DNA from: Alphaproteobacteria bacterium UBA3650 | Lineage (GTDB): Bacteria > Pseudomonadota > Alphaproteobacteria > CAAHEQ01 > UBA3637 | DNA length: 64,000 nucleotides | Direction of reading: 5' to 3' | Assembly: GCA_002373815.1 (NCBI GenBank) | Contig: DFKH01000083.1 | Coordinates: forward strand, 2,376-66,375 | Shown: one piece after another, positions 37,835 through 48,497 of the stretch | How positions within the stretch are numbered: position 1 is the first letter of the stretch | Layout: each line of letters begins with the position of its first letter | Made by a program: the position numbers and the translations under genes | The notes under the pieces: model-generated | What the model was told of the DNA's origin: nothing | The model's database searches: none | Seen by the model: the letters and a program-made list of their open reading frames with translations, nothing else

Positions 37835-38608
37835 ATGTCAAAAGTTGCTATTGTTATTCCAACTCGTTTAAATTCTACACGCCTTCCTAACAAGCCATTA
37901 GCAATTGTAAATGGCAAGACGGTTATTCAACATGTGTATGAACATGCGATTCAAGTTCATCCCAAGGAAGATGTTTATATTGCCGCAGGCGATCCAGAAA
38001 TTGTTGAAGAAGCAAAAAAATTTGGGGCACAATGTGTTTTAACTCCGGCTAGTTTACCCTCTGGGACAGATCGTATTGTTTGTGCTTTAAAATCTATTGA
38101 TCCAGACGGCACAAAATATGATACTGTTGTCAATTTTCAAGGGGATGGTATCAATGTAGATCCAAAATTAAATCTTCGCTTGGTTGATTTATTGGAAAAG
38201 ACAGGGGCTGATTGGGTGACCGTCGGTAAAAAAATTACCGCCATCGAAGATATTCAAAATCCAAATTATGTCAAAATCGCTATGGGATTAAAAGAAGGTG
38301 AAGATTTTGGACGCGCTCTTTATTTTTCACGTAGTCCTGTTCCATACAATCGTGATAAGGATCCTGCTAAAGATTTTGCTTATTGGCATATTGGTATTTA
38401 TGTTTATCGTACGGAAGCACTTAAACGTTTTGTAGCCTGTCCTGTTGGTATATTGGAGGCCACTGAAAAATTAGAACAATTGCGTGCTTTGGAAAATGGC
38501 ATGACCATTTATGCCTTAATTGTTCCAAGCATCAAGCTGATTGAAGAGGCCCCAACAGACATCAATACACCCGAAGAATTGGCTGAGGCGCAAAAGTTTG
38601 CATTTTAA
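37835..38608 (+). CDS. kdsB: 3-deoxy-manno-octulosonate cytidylyltransferase
   Basis: VAIVIPTRLNSTRLPNKPL N-terminal signature. 257 aa. Confidence 0.9.
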   Translation: MSKVAIVIPTRLNSTRLPNKPLAIVNGKTVIQHVYEHAIQVHPKEDVYIAAGDPEIVEEAKKFGAQCVLTPASLPSGTDRIVCALKSIDPDGTKYDTVVNFQGDGINVDPKLNLRLVDLLEKTGADWVTVGKKITAIEDIQNPNYVKIAMGLKEGEDFGRALYFSRSPVPYNRDKDPAKDFAYWHIGIYVYRTEALKRFVACPVGILEATEKLEQLRALENGMTIYALIVPSIKLIEEAPTDINTPEELAEAQKFAF

Positions 38609-38628
38609 TACATTATAAAAGGGGGATT

Positions 38629-40605
38629 ATGTTTTATTTAACGGGCTTTCATTTGACAACTACCCACATTAAACGCTTGTCTAAACTGACACAAAGTGTT
38701 TTGTGGCCAAATAAAGATACGCCAATTTTAAATCCCCAAAGTATGCAAAAATTGCCCGGTAATACAGCTGTTCTTGTTAAAGCGCCTTCAGAACAAGATT
38801 TGCAACAACTATCTGCCATTTCCCCTGCGGCCATTATTGACGCAAATGCCTTGGATTCGTCTATTCAAGATTTTTTAAAAAAAATGGAAACGATTAAAGG
38901 CAAAAATAAACTTGGTTTTTTATTGACGTGTCCTGTGATTTATTCTTGCAATGTGGCACAAAATATCACACAGGCATTACAGCAGTTTGTAGTTTTGCCC
39001 TCTGAGCAACAAGAAAGCGTCCATTTCGCTTTGCATGAATCCATCGTGAATGGTTTAATTCATGGTAATTTACAAATCAATAGTTCAATGCGCCAATCGG
39101 CTCGTGATTTTATTGAATATGCCCGTCTTTTGCATGATCGCCTGAACGATCCTAGTTATGCTCAAAAGTCAATTAGTGTGATTGCTGTGTGGACACCTAA
39201 AAAATTAGAAATAAAAATTCGCGATGAAGGTGCTGGATATGCCTCTTCTGCTCCAACTATCAAACAATCAACGACCATCCAACATAAAACAGGGCGTGGC
39301 ATTCGAATTATCGCTGGGGCTGCGGATTCTTGTACAATTGAAGATTTTGGACGAGAGATTACCCTTTCCTTTTTATTGCAAGACCATCCCATTCAACGTT
39401 GGACAGATGGATATCAAGAAGAAGCCTCCTCTCAATCGGCTTTGACCGTTTCCAAAGATTTGTCTTTATCAAAAGTACTCGTTGTTGAAGATAACCCAAG
39501 CACACAAACTGTTCTTGGACGATTATTGAATCTGATCAACATTTCGGATATTTCTTTTGCCTCGGATGGTGTCGAAGGTTTAGAGCTTGCAAAAGAAACG
39601 CATCCTGATTTGATTATTTTGGATATTACCATGCCTCGTATGGATGGCTATGAGGTTATTCAACATTTAAAAGATGACAAAAATACACGTGATATCCCTG
39701 TGCTTATTCAGACAGCCTCTGATAATCGCGAAACGCGTGAAAAAACTTTTAGGGCGGGAGCAACTGATTTTATTACTAAACCTATCAATCCTTTGGAATT
39801 CTTTTCACGTGTTCGTGTGCATTTAGAAAATCGTCTTTTGGTTCGTCACCTTTCTGACCAGTTAAATCAAATTGAAACAGAATTGCATGCAGCCCGTCGG
39901 ATGCAAATAGATATGTTGCCTCGTGATAAAACATTAAATACAATTCAGGAAACATATCACTTAAATATTTCTCACTATTTTGCCCCCTCCTCTTTATTGG
40001 GGGGTGACTTTTGGCAAGTCATTCCTATTTCCGTCAATAAAATAGCTTTTTACATCTGTGACTTTTCAGGACATGGTGTTGCTAGTGCTTTAAATACTTT
40101 CCGTTTACATGCTTTGGTGAGTCAAAACAATAAGCGTTTAACATCTCCTGCAGAGTTCTTATCACAGCTCAATCAGCAAATGCATGTCTTATTGCCTCGC
40201 GGACAATTTGCAACAATGTTCTTGGGTATCTATGACAAAAGATTACATCAATTAGTTTATGCTGGAGCTGGATCACCAAACCCCATGCTCATCCATCACA
40301 AGAAATCAACTCTTTTACATGCGGAAGGAATGCCTCTTGGAATTTTACCGAAACCAACTTATCATGACAACACATTAAAGATTGCCAAAGGTGATGCGTT
40401 GTTATTGTATAGTGATGCTCTGACTGAATCCACAACGACAAAAGGGGTACGCTTGGGCTTCAACAGTTTTAAAAGAATGGCCTTAAAACGCATTTTGGAT
40501 GTCCAGTTAGAGGATCCTTTAAGTATATTGTTACAAGATTTCTTTAAAGCAGTTCCCCCACCACCGCCCGATGATGTTACTGCTGTTTTATTAAAATGGG
40601 AGTAA
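38629..40605 (+). CDS. multidomain signalling protein: RsbW-like GHKL kinase domain + receiver domain + PP2C/SpoIIE phosphatase
   Basis: N-terminal HESIVNGLIHGN...GRGIRIIAG (anti-sigma-factor kinase-like). Central KVLVVEDN...LIILDITMPRMDG...TKP receiver. C-terminal SpoIIE-like block (GGDFWQV...FYICDFSGHGVASAL...LLLYSDAL). Confidence 0.7.
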   Translation: MFYLTGFHLTTTHIKRLSKLTQSVLWPNKDTPILNPQSMQKLPGNTAVLVKAPSEQDLQQLSAISPAAIIDANALDSSIQDFLKKMETIKGKNKLGFLLTCPVIYSCNVAQNITQALQQFVVLPSEQQESVHFALHESIVNGLIHGNLQINSSMRQSARDFIEYARLLHDRLNDPSYAQKSISVIAVWTPKKLEIKIRDEGAGYASSAPTIKQSTTIQHKTGRGIRIIAGAADSCTIEDFGREITLSFLLQDHPIQRWTDGYQEEASSQSALTVSKDLSLSKVLVVEDNPSTQTVLGRLLNLINISDISFASDGVEGLELAKETHPDLIILDITMPRMDGYEVIQHLKDDKNTRDIPVLIQTASDNRETREKTFRAGATDFITKPINPLEFFSRVRVHLENRLLVRHLSDQLNQIETELHAARRMQIDMLPRDKTLNTIQETYHLNISHYFAPSSLLGGDFWQVIPISVNKIAFYICDFSGHGVASALNTFRLHALVSQNNKRLTSPAEFLSQLNQQMHVLLPRGQFATMFLGIYDKRLHQLVYAGAGSPNPMLIHHKKSTLLHAEGMPLGILPKPTYHDNTLKIAKGDALLLYSDALTESTTTKGVRLGFNSFKRMALKRILDVQLEDPLSILLQDFFKAVPPPPPDDVTAVLLKWE

Positions 40606-40606
40606 T

Positions 40607-41314
40607 ATGATTCGCCTGTTCGTTAGCTCTCCTCTTACAGAAAATGCTGTGATTTCTTTGGACGAAAAAAGTTATCACTATTTGGTTCATGTCATGCGTT
40701 GTTCAAATCAAGAAAGGATTTTATGCTTTAATGGTTATGATGGGGAATGGGTTTCAGAATTAAAATTTATCAGCAAAAAATCCGCACAATTGTTTGTGTT
40801 ATATCTCAATCGACCACAAACAACGCCAGAATATTGCGCTTTATGTCCAGCTTTAATCAAAAAAGACAATCTGGATATGGTTTTACAAAAGGCAACAGAG
40901 CTTGGTGTTACGGATATTTATCCGATTCTGAGTGATCATACTGTTCATGGACATTTTAATCGGGAACACGCCGAAGCTGTCATACGTGAAGCCTCTGAGC
41001 AATGTGAACGTTTGACTTTACCCCAACTTCATTCACCTATGAAGTTGGCGGAGGTTATGGCTCATTTACCAGAGGCGTGTTTATGTTGTTGTTTATCCGA
41101 ACGCCATCAAGATTCTGATGTCTTGCCCAAATCAGGGAAAGTTGCTTTTTTTATTGGTCCTGAAGGTGGGTGGAGTGAAAAAGAAAAGCTATTCTTTAAA
41201 AACAAACATTTTAAGTTTTTGCATTTTGATGTGGGTATTTTACGGGCTGAAACAGCAAGCATTGCTATTCTTTCCTGTTGGCAAATTGGTCGAGCGTTAT
41301 ATTCAAAAAAATAG
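40607..41314 (+). CDS. rsmE: 16S rRNA (uracil1498-N3)-methyltransferase
   Basis: RsmE-family length. C-terminal FIGPEGGWSEKE SPOUT motif. Confidence 0.8.
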   Translation: MIRLFVSSPLTENAVISLDEKSYHYLVHVMRCSNQERILCFNGYDGEWVSELKFISKKSAQLFVLYLNRPQTTPEYCALCPALIKKDNLDMVLQKATELGVTDIYPILSDHTVHGHFNREHAEAVIREASEQCERLTLPQLHSPMKLAEVMAHLPEACLCCCLSERHQDSDVLPKSGKVAFFIGPEGGWSEKEKLFFKNKHFKFLHFDVGILRAETASIAILSCWQIGRALYSKK

Positions 41315-41362
41315 CTTGATTTTTTTGAATACGCTTGCTAGTATGATTTTATAGGATAAATA

Positions 41363-42238
41363 ATGAACATAAAACAACTATTTTTTACGGGATTTTTGGG
41401 TGTTCTTGCGGTTTGTTCTGTTTCCGCAAACGCTTCTCTTTATGTCTGTCAAAAAGGACGTTGTGATTATGCAATGGATGATATGAGCTTAAAGCCGTGG
41501 ATTCATCAGTTACACACTTTTTTTAAAACGCCAAATGCTCGTATTGATTTTTGCGAATCTGATACGAAACATGTATGTTTAAAAAGTGGTTTAAGTTGGG
41601 TTGCAAAATCCCCTTTAACCGAGATACATTTTTCCATTCCTGTTGCAAGGACAATTCCAAACAAAAGGACTTTATTGATTGATTATTTAGTCTCTGCGAA
41701 CGCTTATTTGCCTACTTGTAGTTTTAGCCCAAGTACGTTTGAGCCTGCTGACAATCATACCATTCGTCTGGTATCAAATGCTTTTGAATGTCAATTGACT
41801 GGAGTGGGTCGGACAAACCTGCAAAATACTTTTTTCATTGATTTTATTGATTTTGATAACTCTGTCATTGGGGGATCTTATACCATCCAAACACATGGCG
41901 AAATTTCAGGAACTGCTGCTGGTTATACGTTGATGAAATTCAGAGATGGTAATACCTTGCTACCCCTTGTTCCGCAGCCATATTATGGTGAAATTCCTGC
42001 TGCACCAGATGCGCGTCAAGCCAAACAAATTGCAAAACAAATCAATACGCCTGAACAAGTTCAAGAACCTGGTACAATGGATAAGTTTGTAACTGGCGTG
42101 AAAGATTGGTGGACACAATTGAAAGAGTCCTTTAATATGGATAAAAAACACCGGCGTTCCCCACAAGATGAGCCATCATGGTGGGATAATTTCTCAGATA
42201 CTTTTATGAAGATCATTTATTTGGAACCTCTAGAATAA
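41363..42238 (+). CDS. secreted hypothetical protein
   Basis: Signal peptide MNIKQLFFTGFLGVLAVCSVSANA. Several Cys residues. No recognised domain. Confidence 0.45.
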   Translation: MNIKQLFFTGFLGVLAVCSVSANASLYVCQKGRCDYAMDDMSLKPWIHQLHTFFKTPNARIDFCESDTKHVCLKSGLSWVAKSPLTEIHFSIPVARTIPNKRTLLIDYLVSANAYLPTCSFSPSTFEPADNHTIRLVSNAFECQLTGVGRTNLQNTFFIDFIDFDNSVIGGSYTIQTHGEISGTAAGYTLMKFRDGNTLLPLVPQPYYGEIPAAPDARQAKQIAKQINTPEQVQEPGTMDKFVTGVKDWWTQLKESFNMDKKHRRSPQDEPSWWDNFSDTFMKIIYLEPLE

Positions 42239-42247
42239 GGATAGGAT

Positions 42248-43513
42248 ATGTCAAAAAATATAGTTATTTCCCGTTTATCGAATGGTATTCGTGTTGTAAC
42301 AGACACACAAGCTCAAGCTGATTCTGTTACCTTAGGTGCCTGGGTTGGTGTCGGATCAAGGTTTGAAAAAAAATCTGAAAGTGGGATCTCTCATTTTTTA
42401 GAGCATATGGCTTTCAAAGGCACCACTTCTCGTTCAGCCTTACAAATTGCCGAGGAAATTGAGCGTGTGGGCGGTTTTATCAATGCTTATACAGGACAAG
42501 ACGTAACAGCCTATCATGCAAGAATGTTAAAAAAGGATATGGACATCGGCTTAAATATTATCGCCGATATTACGCAACACGCGACAATGGATGAAAAGGA
42601 ATTAAACACAGAAAAAGGTGTGATTATTCAAGAAATCAATATGTATAAAGATCAACCCCATTATGTTGCAGAAACAAATTTTGAGGCCACTGCTTATCCT
42701 AATCAACCCATGGGGCGTGATGTCGCGGGTGATCCCAAAGTTATCCAAGAGATGACACCACAAAAAATGTTGGATTATGTTCATTCTCATTATGCTACGG
42801 ATAGAATTATTATCAGTGCTGTAGGACCTATTCAACATGATGTTTTTACAAAAAAATGCGAAAAATTATTTAGTGATTTTGGCCTCAAAAAAACACCCAC
42901 TCCGGAACGAGCTTGTTATCAAGGTGGTTTTAAGTACGTCAAAAAACCCCATGAGCAAGTCAATTTAATTATGGGCTTTGAAGGTGAGTCTTATACTTCT
43001 CCAGATGTGTGGAAAGCCAAGTTGTTGGCTGCTATTTTAGGAGGAGGCATGACCAGTCGGTTATTCCAAGAAATTCGTGAAAAACGGGGACTTGTTTATA
43101 CTATTCATGCTTATTCTTCAGCTGAAACAGACACAGGGATTTGGGGTATTTATGCAGGTACCGGAGAAAAAGAATTAAAGATTTTAATGCCTGTTCTGTT
43201 GGACGAACTAAAAAAAGCAACACACAAAATTACCCCTGACGAAGTTAAGCAAGCTCAAACACGCTTGGAGGCCGCTTTATTGATGCGCAATGAGGACATT
43301 TCAGAACATGCCGATATGAACGCCATTGAAATGTTACGCTACGGCAAAGTACGTTCTAAGGCTTCGCTGGTTAAAGCCATTCAATCGGTCAGTGCAAAAG
43401 ATGTCCAACATTATGCCGAAAAGTTGTTTTCGACAACTCCAACGGTTTCCTGTTTGGGGCCCATTAAGCATATGATGGATTATAAAGATATTGTCAAAAG
43501 TCTGAAAGGCTGA
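42248..43513 (+). CDS. M16 family zinc peptidase (pitrilysin/MPP-like)
   Basis: Inverted zinc motif HFLEHMAFKGT. 421 aa. Confidence 0.8.
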   Translation: MSKNIVISRLSNGIRVVTDTQAQADSVTLGAWVGVGSRFEKKSESGISHFLEHMAFKGTTSRSALQIAEEIERVGGFINAYTGQDVTAYHARMLKKDMDIGLNIIADITQHATMDEKELNTEKGVIIQEINMYKDQPHYVAETNFEATAYPNQPMGRDVAGDPKVIQEMTPQKMLDYVHSHYATDRIIISAVGPIQHDVFTKKCEKLFSDFGLKKTPTPERACYQGGFKYVKKPHEQVNLIMGFEGESYTSPDVWKAKLLAAILGGGMTSRLFQEIREKRGLVYTIHAYSSAETDTGIWGIYAGTGEKELKILMPVLLDELKKATHKITPDEVKQAQTRLEAALLMRNEDISEHADMNAIEMLRYGKVRSKASLVKAIQSVSAKDVQHYAEKLFSTTPTVSCLGPIKHMMDYKDIVKSLKG

Positions 43514-43514
43514 G

Positions 43515-44135
43515 ATGCCCGATTTTGCACATGAACATTCTTGTGGATCTGGCCTTATTTTTGGTATTGATGAGGCTGGACGTGGTCCTTGGTGCGGACC
43601 TGTTGTCGCGGCTTGCGTTTGTTTTCCTGATTTTAAAATTGATGCAGAATTAGCCTCGCAGATAAATGATTCAAAAAAATTATCTGCTTCAAAACGCGAA
43701 AAATTATTTCCTCTCATTATGAATTCTGGTGCTTATATAGGCATTGGGCAAGCAAGTGCTGAGGAGATTGATCAAAGGAATATTTTACAAGCAACCTTTT
43801 TGGCCATGAAAAGGGCTTTGGATGATTCAGCTTGTAAAGGACATAGGGCTGATTTTGCCTTGATTGATGGTAACCGATTGCCCAAGTGGGAAATTCCTTG
43901 TCAATGTTTGATAAAAGGCGATAGTTTAAGTCTTTCCATCGCTGCCGCAAGCATTGTGGCGAAAGTGACGCGTGATCATATCATGCAAGCTCTTGCAAAA
44001 GAATATCCTCAATATGGGTGGGATAAAAACGCAGGCTATGGTACTGCGGATCATATTGCTGCCCTCCATCAATATGGTGTCACACCACATCACAGAAAAA
44101 CCTATAAACCTATAACTAATTTGTTGATGAAATAA
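43515..44135 (+). CDS. rnhB: ribonuclease HII
   Basis: GIDEAGRGPWCGPVVAACV active-site motif. 206 aa. Confidence 0.9.
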   Translation: MPDFAHEHSCGSGLIFGIDEAGRGPWCGPVVAACVCFPDFKIDAELASQINDSKKLSASKREKLFPLIMNSGAYIGIGQASAEEIDQRNILQATFLAMKRALDDSACKGHRADFALIDGNRLPKWEIPCQCLIKGDSLSLSIAAASIVAKVTRDHIMQALAKEYPQYGWDKNAGYGTADHIAALHQYGVTPHHRKTYKPITNLLMK

Positions 44136-47100
44136 TCAAGGGCTGTATTCTCTTTTTGCAGCGACCACATTAATACAAGGTTTTCCACTTTGACATGTTG
44201 CATTACACGCCTCTGTACAACCAGCATTTCCGTTTGTTACTGAGAAGGTACATTTACCACCATCTCCCAAGAATGAGACATTATCATCGGATGTAGTTAT
44301 CACAGCACGACCACAAGACTCCCCGTCACCGCCTGTACAGCTACTCCCTATCGTACAATATTGGCTGTCATTTGGATTTGTATCTCTCTTTCCACTGTAG
44401 TTGCTACACCATTTTTTAGTTGCTCGCCCAGAACCAGAACTTGTTGTTTTATCTAAAATGGCGCCAGCACATGAAAATTGCGCCCAGTCACCATATCTTG
44501 TCGTTCCTGTAAATTGCAATTGATATAACATATTATTGACTGTGGTAAATTCAAAAAGTGTCGTTGTCTGACATGCTTGTGCCCCACATGCACTTTTTAT
44601 CCCTCCTGAGATGTTGGATGTATTAGTCGCTGTGCATTTTTGTTCATTGCCAATAACACCATATCCACTTTTACACACACACTTTTTGGTAGCCGCATTA
44701 TATGTAGAATTATCGTCACATTGCACGCATTTCTTTTGTGTTGCATCATAATGATGATTTGCAGGACATACCTCGCATTTATGAGATGTCGTATTGCATA
44801 TTGGCAAACTTTGAGGACATGAAGCAGAATCATTGCTCACATAATTTTTGGTACATGTACATTGTCCATTACTGCATGTCGGTGCCTTTTGTGGACATTT
44901 ACCATCTCCATCTGCTTTTGGCGTCGAATAATTATCCTTACATGTACATAAACCGCCACCATCTGTTTTATCACAGTATGGCTTTAATTCATTGCTACAT
45001 TTTCTCGTTCCTGAAGAAGCTCCAAGATTGGCTGTACACTCCACACACTTGCCAGAACTCTCATTAAAATTCGGCTTTCCACTTGGACAAGCGCAAGTGT
45101 GATTTGTGGTATTACATATTTTATCACCCTCACATTCATCATCAGCGGTGCATTCAACACAGACTCCATTTCCATCGGATCCGGCTTCCCAGCAAACAGG
45201 TTTACCCGTAGTTTTTGCTGATTGCCATGGTGAATAGTTTTGTGCAGAACTTTCAGATGCTGTATCTGTTGTTGAAAATGATGCCACCCCATACTCCAAG
45301 GATTCAACTTTATTGCAACCAATATCTGTCCACGCTCCAGAGATAGAATTATAACATGTCACACATTTTTTCGTAAAAATATTAAATACTGGCGTTGTTC
45401 CCGAACAATTGCATTCCCCTGTTTCAGGGTTAAAATCAACGCTACCACAATCTGTACTGCATATACCCTGCTCTCTTAGACAATGCATCCTATCCACTGA
45501 TTTTTCTTTACAATCACCATCGTTGGTGCATTCTGAACATCCGCGTCCATTTGTCTGTTGAACGCAATAAGGCTGTTCCACTGTTTCACCTGCTACCGAC
45601 CCTGTTTTATTTTCACACCCTTTGTTTTTATCTTTTAATTCGGTATATAACACGCACGTCTCGCATGTCCATGAGTTGGGATCACATATCTTTCCTGCGC
45701 CACAATGTGAATCTTCACTACATTCATGACATTCCCCTTCTACATAGTGTGGCAAGCTACCATCCCCAATTTCAGCACACGTCTTACATCCATTTTGTGT
45801 ACATTTTTGCCCCTCTTCACAACTTGAATTCTTACAGGCCACACAAACATGATTTTCAGTATCACAATATGGTTTGGAAGAATCTTGTCCTGCACACCAT
45901 GCGTCTGTCACACATCCATTGATACAAGCACCATCCGCTATACTATATTGTCCTACTTCGCAACCACAATATTTTTGTATTTCCGATTCTGTTGGGGTAG
46001 GCAGTACATCAGACGTATAGCCTGTCATTTCCGTTCCAGAACAGCATATAAATCCCCCTGAAATATCAGTTGGAGCACGAGTTTTACCTTCTCCACAACC
46101 ACAAAGGCGAATGGCTTTGGATTTAGACTCATCAGAATCGTCCATTCCCTCATATGTGCCAGCATCAGTATCGCAACAAACACCCTCCGTTTTGCTTCCC
46201 GATGCACAGCCGCATACGTTGGCATCTACTGTATTATAACCGTTTTTATCCCATTTTTTATGTTTTAAACAACAGTCATTCGTTTCCTCATTTATCGTTC
46301 CTCCCTCTGGGCAACCACATTTTTCGTCTTTACATGTGACGCATAACCATGATATATCTTCTGCCCACTCACCAGATGTTTTATCTTCGTTCCAAATGTA
46401 TTCATGACCATTTTGACAGCAAATGTAGTTACCATCATCCTCCACTGTTACACTGCCTTCTGGACATTGGATAGGACATTCACCTTCCTTACATCCAATC
46501 ACATCTCCACACCAATTAAAGCCCAAATTTTTACATGCTGCTTCCGAACAATTTTTACGTTTTTCATCATTATTACATTTACAATTTTCGTCTTCATTGT
46601 CTGAAACAATCGTTGCACTTTGCATCCGATAATCTCCAACACAGCAATATAACAGCCCATCCTTAAAATCTAATTTAAATAGTTCATCAACTTTATATGT
46701 TGTCTCATTTTTTGTAACCGTCTTTGGGCAATTACACAATGAGCTTTCACCTTTGTCAGAAATGCTATCACTTGCACCCGTTGCAACACTTTCAACTTGG
46801 CGGTGCTCATGACAGCAGACATAATAATTTCCTGGGTTTGATAATATCATAGATTGGTAGATTCCATCTCCATAACAACCACATTGGGGCATCAGCCTAT
46901 TTGATGACCATGAGCCATTTTCATAAATCAGTCCACTTATACTTACACCTGGGGTTGTTGATGTACTACAACAATACTGGTTACTTCTATATGTCAAGAA
47001 ATTTCCGCCTGCTGTTGTACATATTGTTGATGGATCTTCTTCATCCTCAGAAGATGTTTCATTTTCTTCATCTTCGGCAGATGATAGAAATAATGCATCT

Positions 47101-47327
47101 GTTTCTTCTTCTGAAGAAAGCTCAGCAACAACGGGGTCTGTCAAGGAACCATCTGTCTCAACGATAGGAGAACTTAAAGCCATACTAGCCGAACTTAAGG
47201 ATGTGGCGATATCTGTCAATTGTGCTTCCGAATTAAAGCGAAAACGGATTGCATCTACATCAGCTTTTGTAACAGATGCTTCTCCAAAACACAAAAGAGC
47301 CAATAAAATACAATTCCTTATGCGCAT
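44136..47327 (-). CDS. giant secreted cysteine-rich repeat protein (eukaryote-like extracellular Cys-repeat architecture)
   Basis: Signal peptide MRIRNCILLALLCFGEASVTKA. Acidic Ser/Glu/Asp-rich linker. Then ~900 aa dense in CxC, CC and CxxC pairs with recurring ~20-aa units such as GKCVEC, KKCVQC, KKCVTC and GECNCSG. Confidence 0.6.
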   Translation of the reverse strand: MRIRNCILLALLCFGEASVTKADVDAIRFRFNSEAQLTDIATSLSSASMALSSPIVETDGSLTDPVVAELSSEEETDALFLSSAEDEENETSSEDEEDPSTICTTAGGNFLTYRSNQYCCSTSTTPGVSISGLIYENGSWSSNRLMPQCGCYGDGIYQSMILSNPGNYYVCCHEHRQVESVATGASDSISDKGESSLCNCPKTVTKNETTYKVDELFKLDFKDGLLYCCVGDYRMQSATIVSDNEDENCKCNNDEKRKNCSEAACKNLGFNWCGDVIGCKEGECPIQCPEGSVTVEDDGNYICCQNGHEYIWNEDKTSGEWAEDISWLCVTCKDEKCGCPEGGTINEETNDCCLKHKKWDKNGYNTVDANVCGCASGSKTEGVCCDTDAGTYEGMDDSDESKSKAIRLCGCGEGKTRAPTDISGGFICCSGTEMTGYTSDVLPTPTESEIQKYCGCEVGQYSIADGACINGCVTDAWCAGQDSSKPYCDTENHVCVACKNSSCEEGQKCTQNGCKTCAEIGDGSLPHYVEGECHECSEDSHCGAGKICDPNSWTCETCVLYTELKDKNKGCENKTGSVAGETVEQPYCVQQTNGRGCSECTNDGDCKEKSVDRMHCLREQGICSTDCGSVDFNPETGECNCSGTTPVFNIFTKKCVTCYNSISGAWTDIGCNKVESLEYGVASFSTTDTASESSAQNYSPWQSAKTTGKPVCWEAGSDGNGVCVECTADDECEGDKICNTTNHTCACPSGKPNFNESSGKCVECTANLGASSGTRKCSNELKPYCDKTDGGGLCTCKDNYSTPKADGDGKCPQKAPTCSNGQCTCTKNYVSNDSASCPQSLPICNTTSHKCEVCPANHHYDATQKKCVQCDDNSTYNAATKKCVCKSGYGVIGNEQKCTATNTSNISGGIKSACGAQACQTTTLFEFTTVNNMLYQLQFTGTTRYGDWAQFSCAGAILDKTTSSGSGRATKKWCSNYSGKRDTNPNDSQYCTIGSSCTGGDGESCGRAVITTSDDNVSFLGDGGKCTFSVTNGNAGCTEACNATCQSGKPCINVVAAKREYSP

Positions 47328-47369
47328 AATTTCATTCTAATAAAAACTATATAAATTGCAATAAAAAAA

Positions 47370-48497
47370 TTAGCCACCACAAAGGGCCAATAAAATGCCT
47401 GCGGCAATGGCTGAGCCGATACTGCCGGCCACATTTGCTCCCATCGCATGCATTAGCAAGTGATTATTTGGATTTTCTTCTTGTCCTAATTTCTCACTCA
47501 CACGAGCCGCCATTGGAATGGCACTCACCCCAGCAGAACCTATCAATGGATTGATTTTATTTTTCGTAAACAGGTTCAAAAGTCTTGCCATCAAAACGCC
47601 ACTTGCTGTTCCGATACAAAAAGCGACAACACCCAATGTTAAAACTACTAATGTTTGCGTTTTTAAGAATAATTCTGCTGATAGTTTTGACCCCACAGAA
47701 ATCCCAAGCAAAATCGTTACAATATTCATCATTTCATTACTGGCACCTTTGGCAAGCCTATCTGCCACACCTGATTCTTTCAATAAATTTCCAAACATCA
47801 ACATACCGATTAGTGGAATAGCAAGCGGAATAAAGAGTGCTGTCAGCACAATTACCATAATTGGAAAAATAATTTTTTCGCGTTTACTTACTTCCCGTAA
47901 TTGTTGCATTTGAATTGCTCGTTGTTTTTTTGGGGTACACAAACGCATAATCGGTGGTTGAATCACAGGCACCAAGGCCATATAAGAATAGGCGGCCACC
48001 GCTATGGCTCCCAATAATTCTGGTGCTAGCTTACCCGCCAAGAAAATAGAAGTTGGCCCGTCTGCCCCACCGATAATGGCAATACTGGCTGCTTGTTTTA
48101 AGGTTAAAGCTAAATTTGGGAAAAGATGGCTTAACGAAAGCGCCCCCAAAAATGTACCAAAAATGGCAAACTGAGCCGCCCCTCCCAGCAAAGCTGTTTT
48201 TGGATTGGCTAGCATTGGCCCAAAATCTATCATCGCGCCAACGCCCATAAAAATCAAAAGCGGGAAGATCCCTGTTTCAATGCCCGCATGATACATATAA
48301 TACAATAAACCACCTTCCTCGGTCATCCCTGCACCCGGACAATTGGACAGCAATCCCCCAATCGCAATCGGAATTAAAAGCAATGGCTCAAATTGTTTTT
48401 TAATCCCCAAATACAACAGCACAAAGCAAATCAGCATCATGACGCCTTGTCCCATTGTTATATGCATCAAACCCAAGCTATTTATGATTGCGTTCAT
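47370..48497 (-). CDS. oadB: sodium-ion-translocating decarboxylase beta subunit
   Basis: 375-aa polytopic membrane protein with OadB/GcdB-like sequence. Confidence 0.85.
   Translation of the reverse strand: MNAIINSLGLMHITMGQGVMMLICFVLLYLGIKKQFEPLLLIPIAIGGLLSNCPGAGMTEEGGLLYYMYHAGIETGIFPLLIFMGVGAMIDFGPMLANPKTALLGGAAQFAIFGTFLGALSLSHLFPNLALTLKQAASIAIIGGADGPTSIFLAGKLAPELLGAIAVAAYSYMALVPVIQPPIMRLCTPKKQRAIQMQQLREVSKREKIIFPIMVIVLTALFIPLAIPLIGMLMFGNLLKESGVADRLAKGASNEMMNIVTILLGISVGSKLSAELFLKTQTLVVLTLGVVAFCIGTASGVLMARLLNLFTKNKINPLIGSAGVSAIPMAARVSEKLGQEENPNNHLLMHAMGANVAGSIGSAIAAGILLALCGG

Noticed and set aside
44136-47327. Possibility that the Cys-rich giant ORF is an artefact of the many short antisense ORFs listed across 44597-47167
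   Set aside because: The long frame is uninterrupted for 3.2 kb, begins with a good signal peptide and shows periodic Cys repeats. The overlapping small ORFs are the artefacts.
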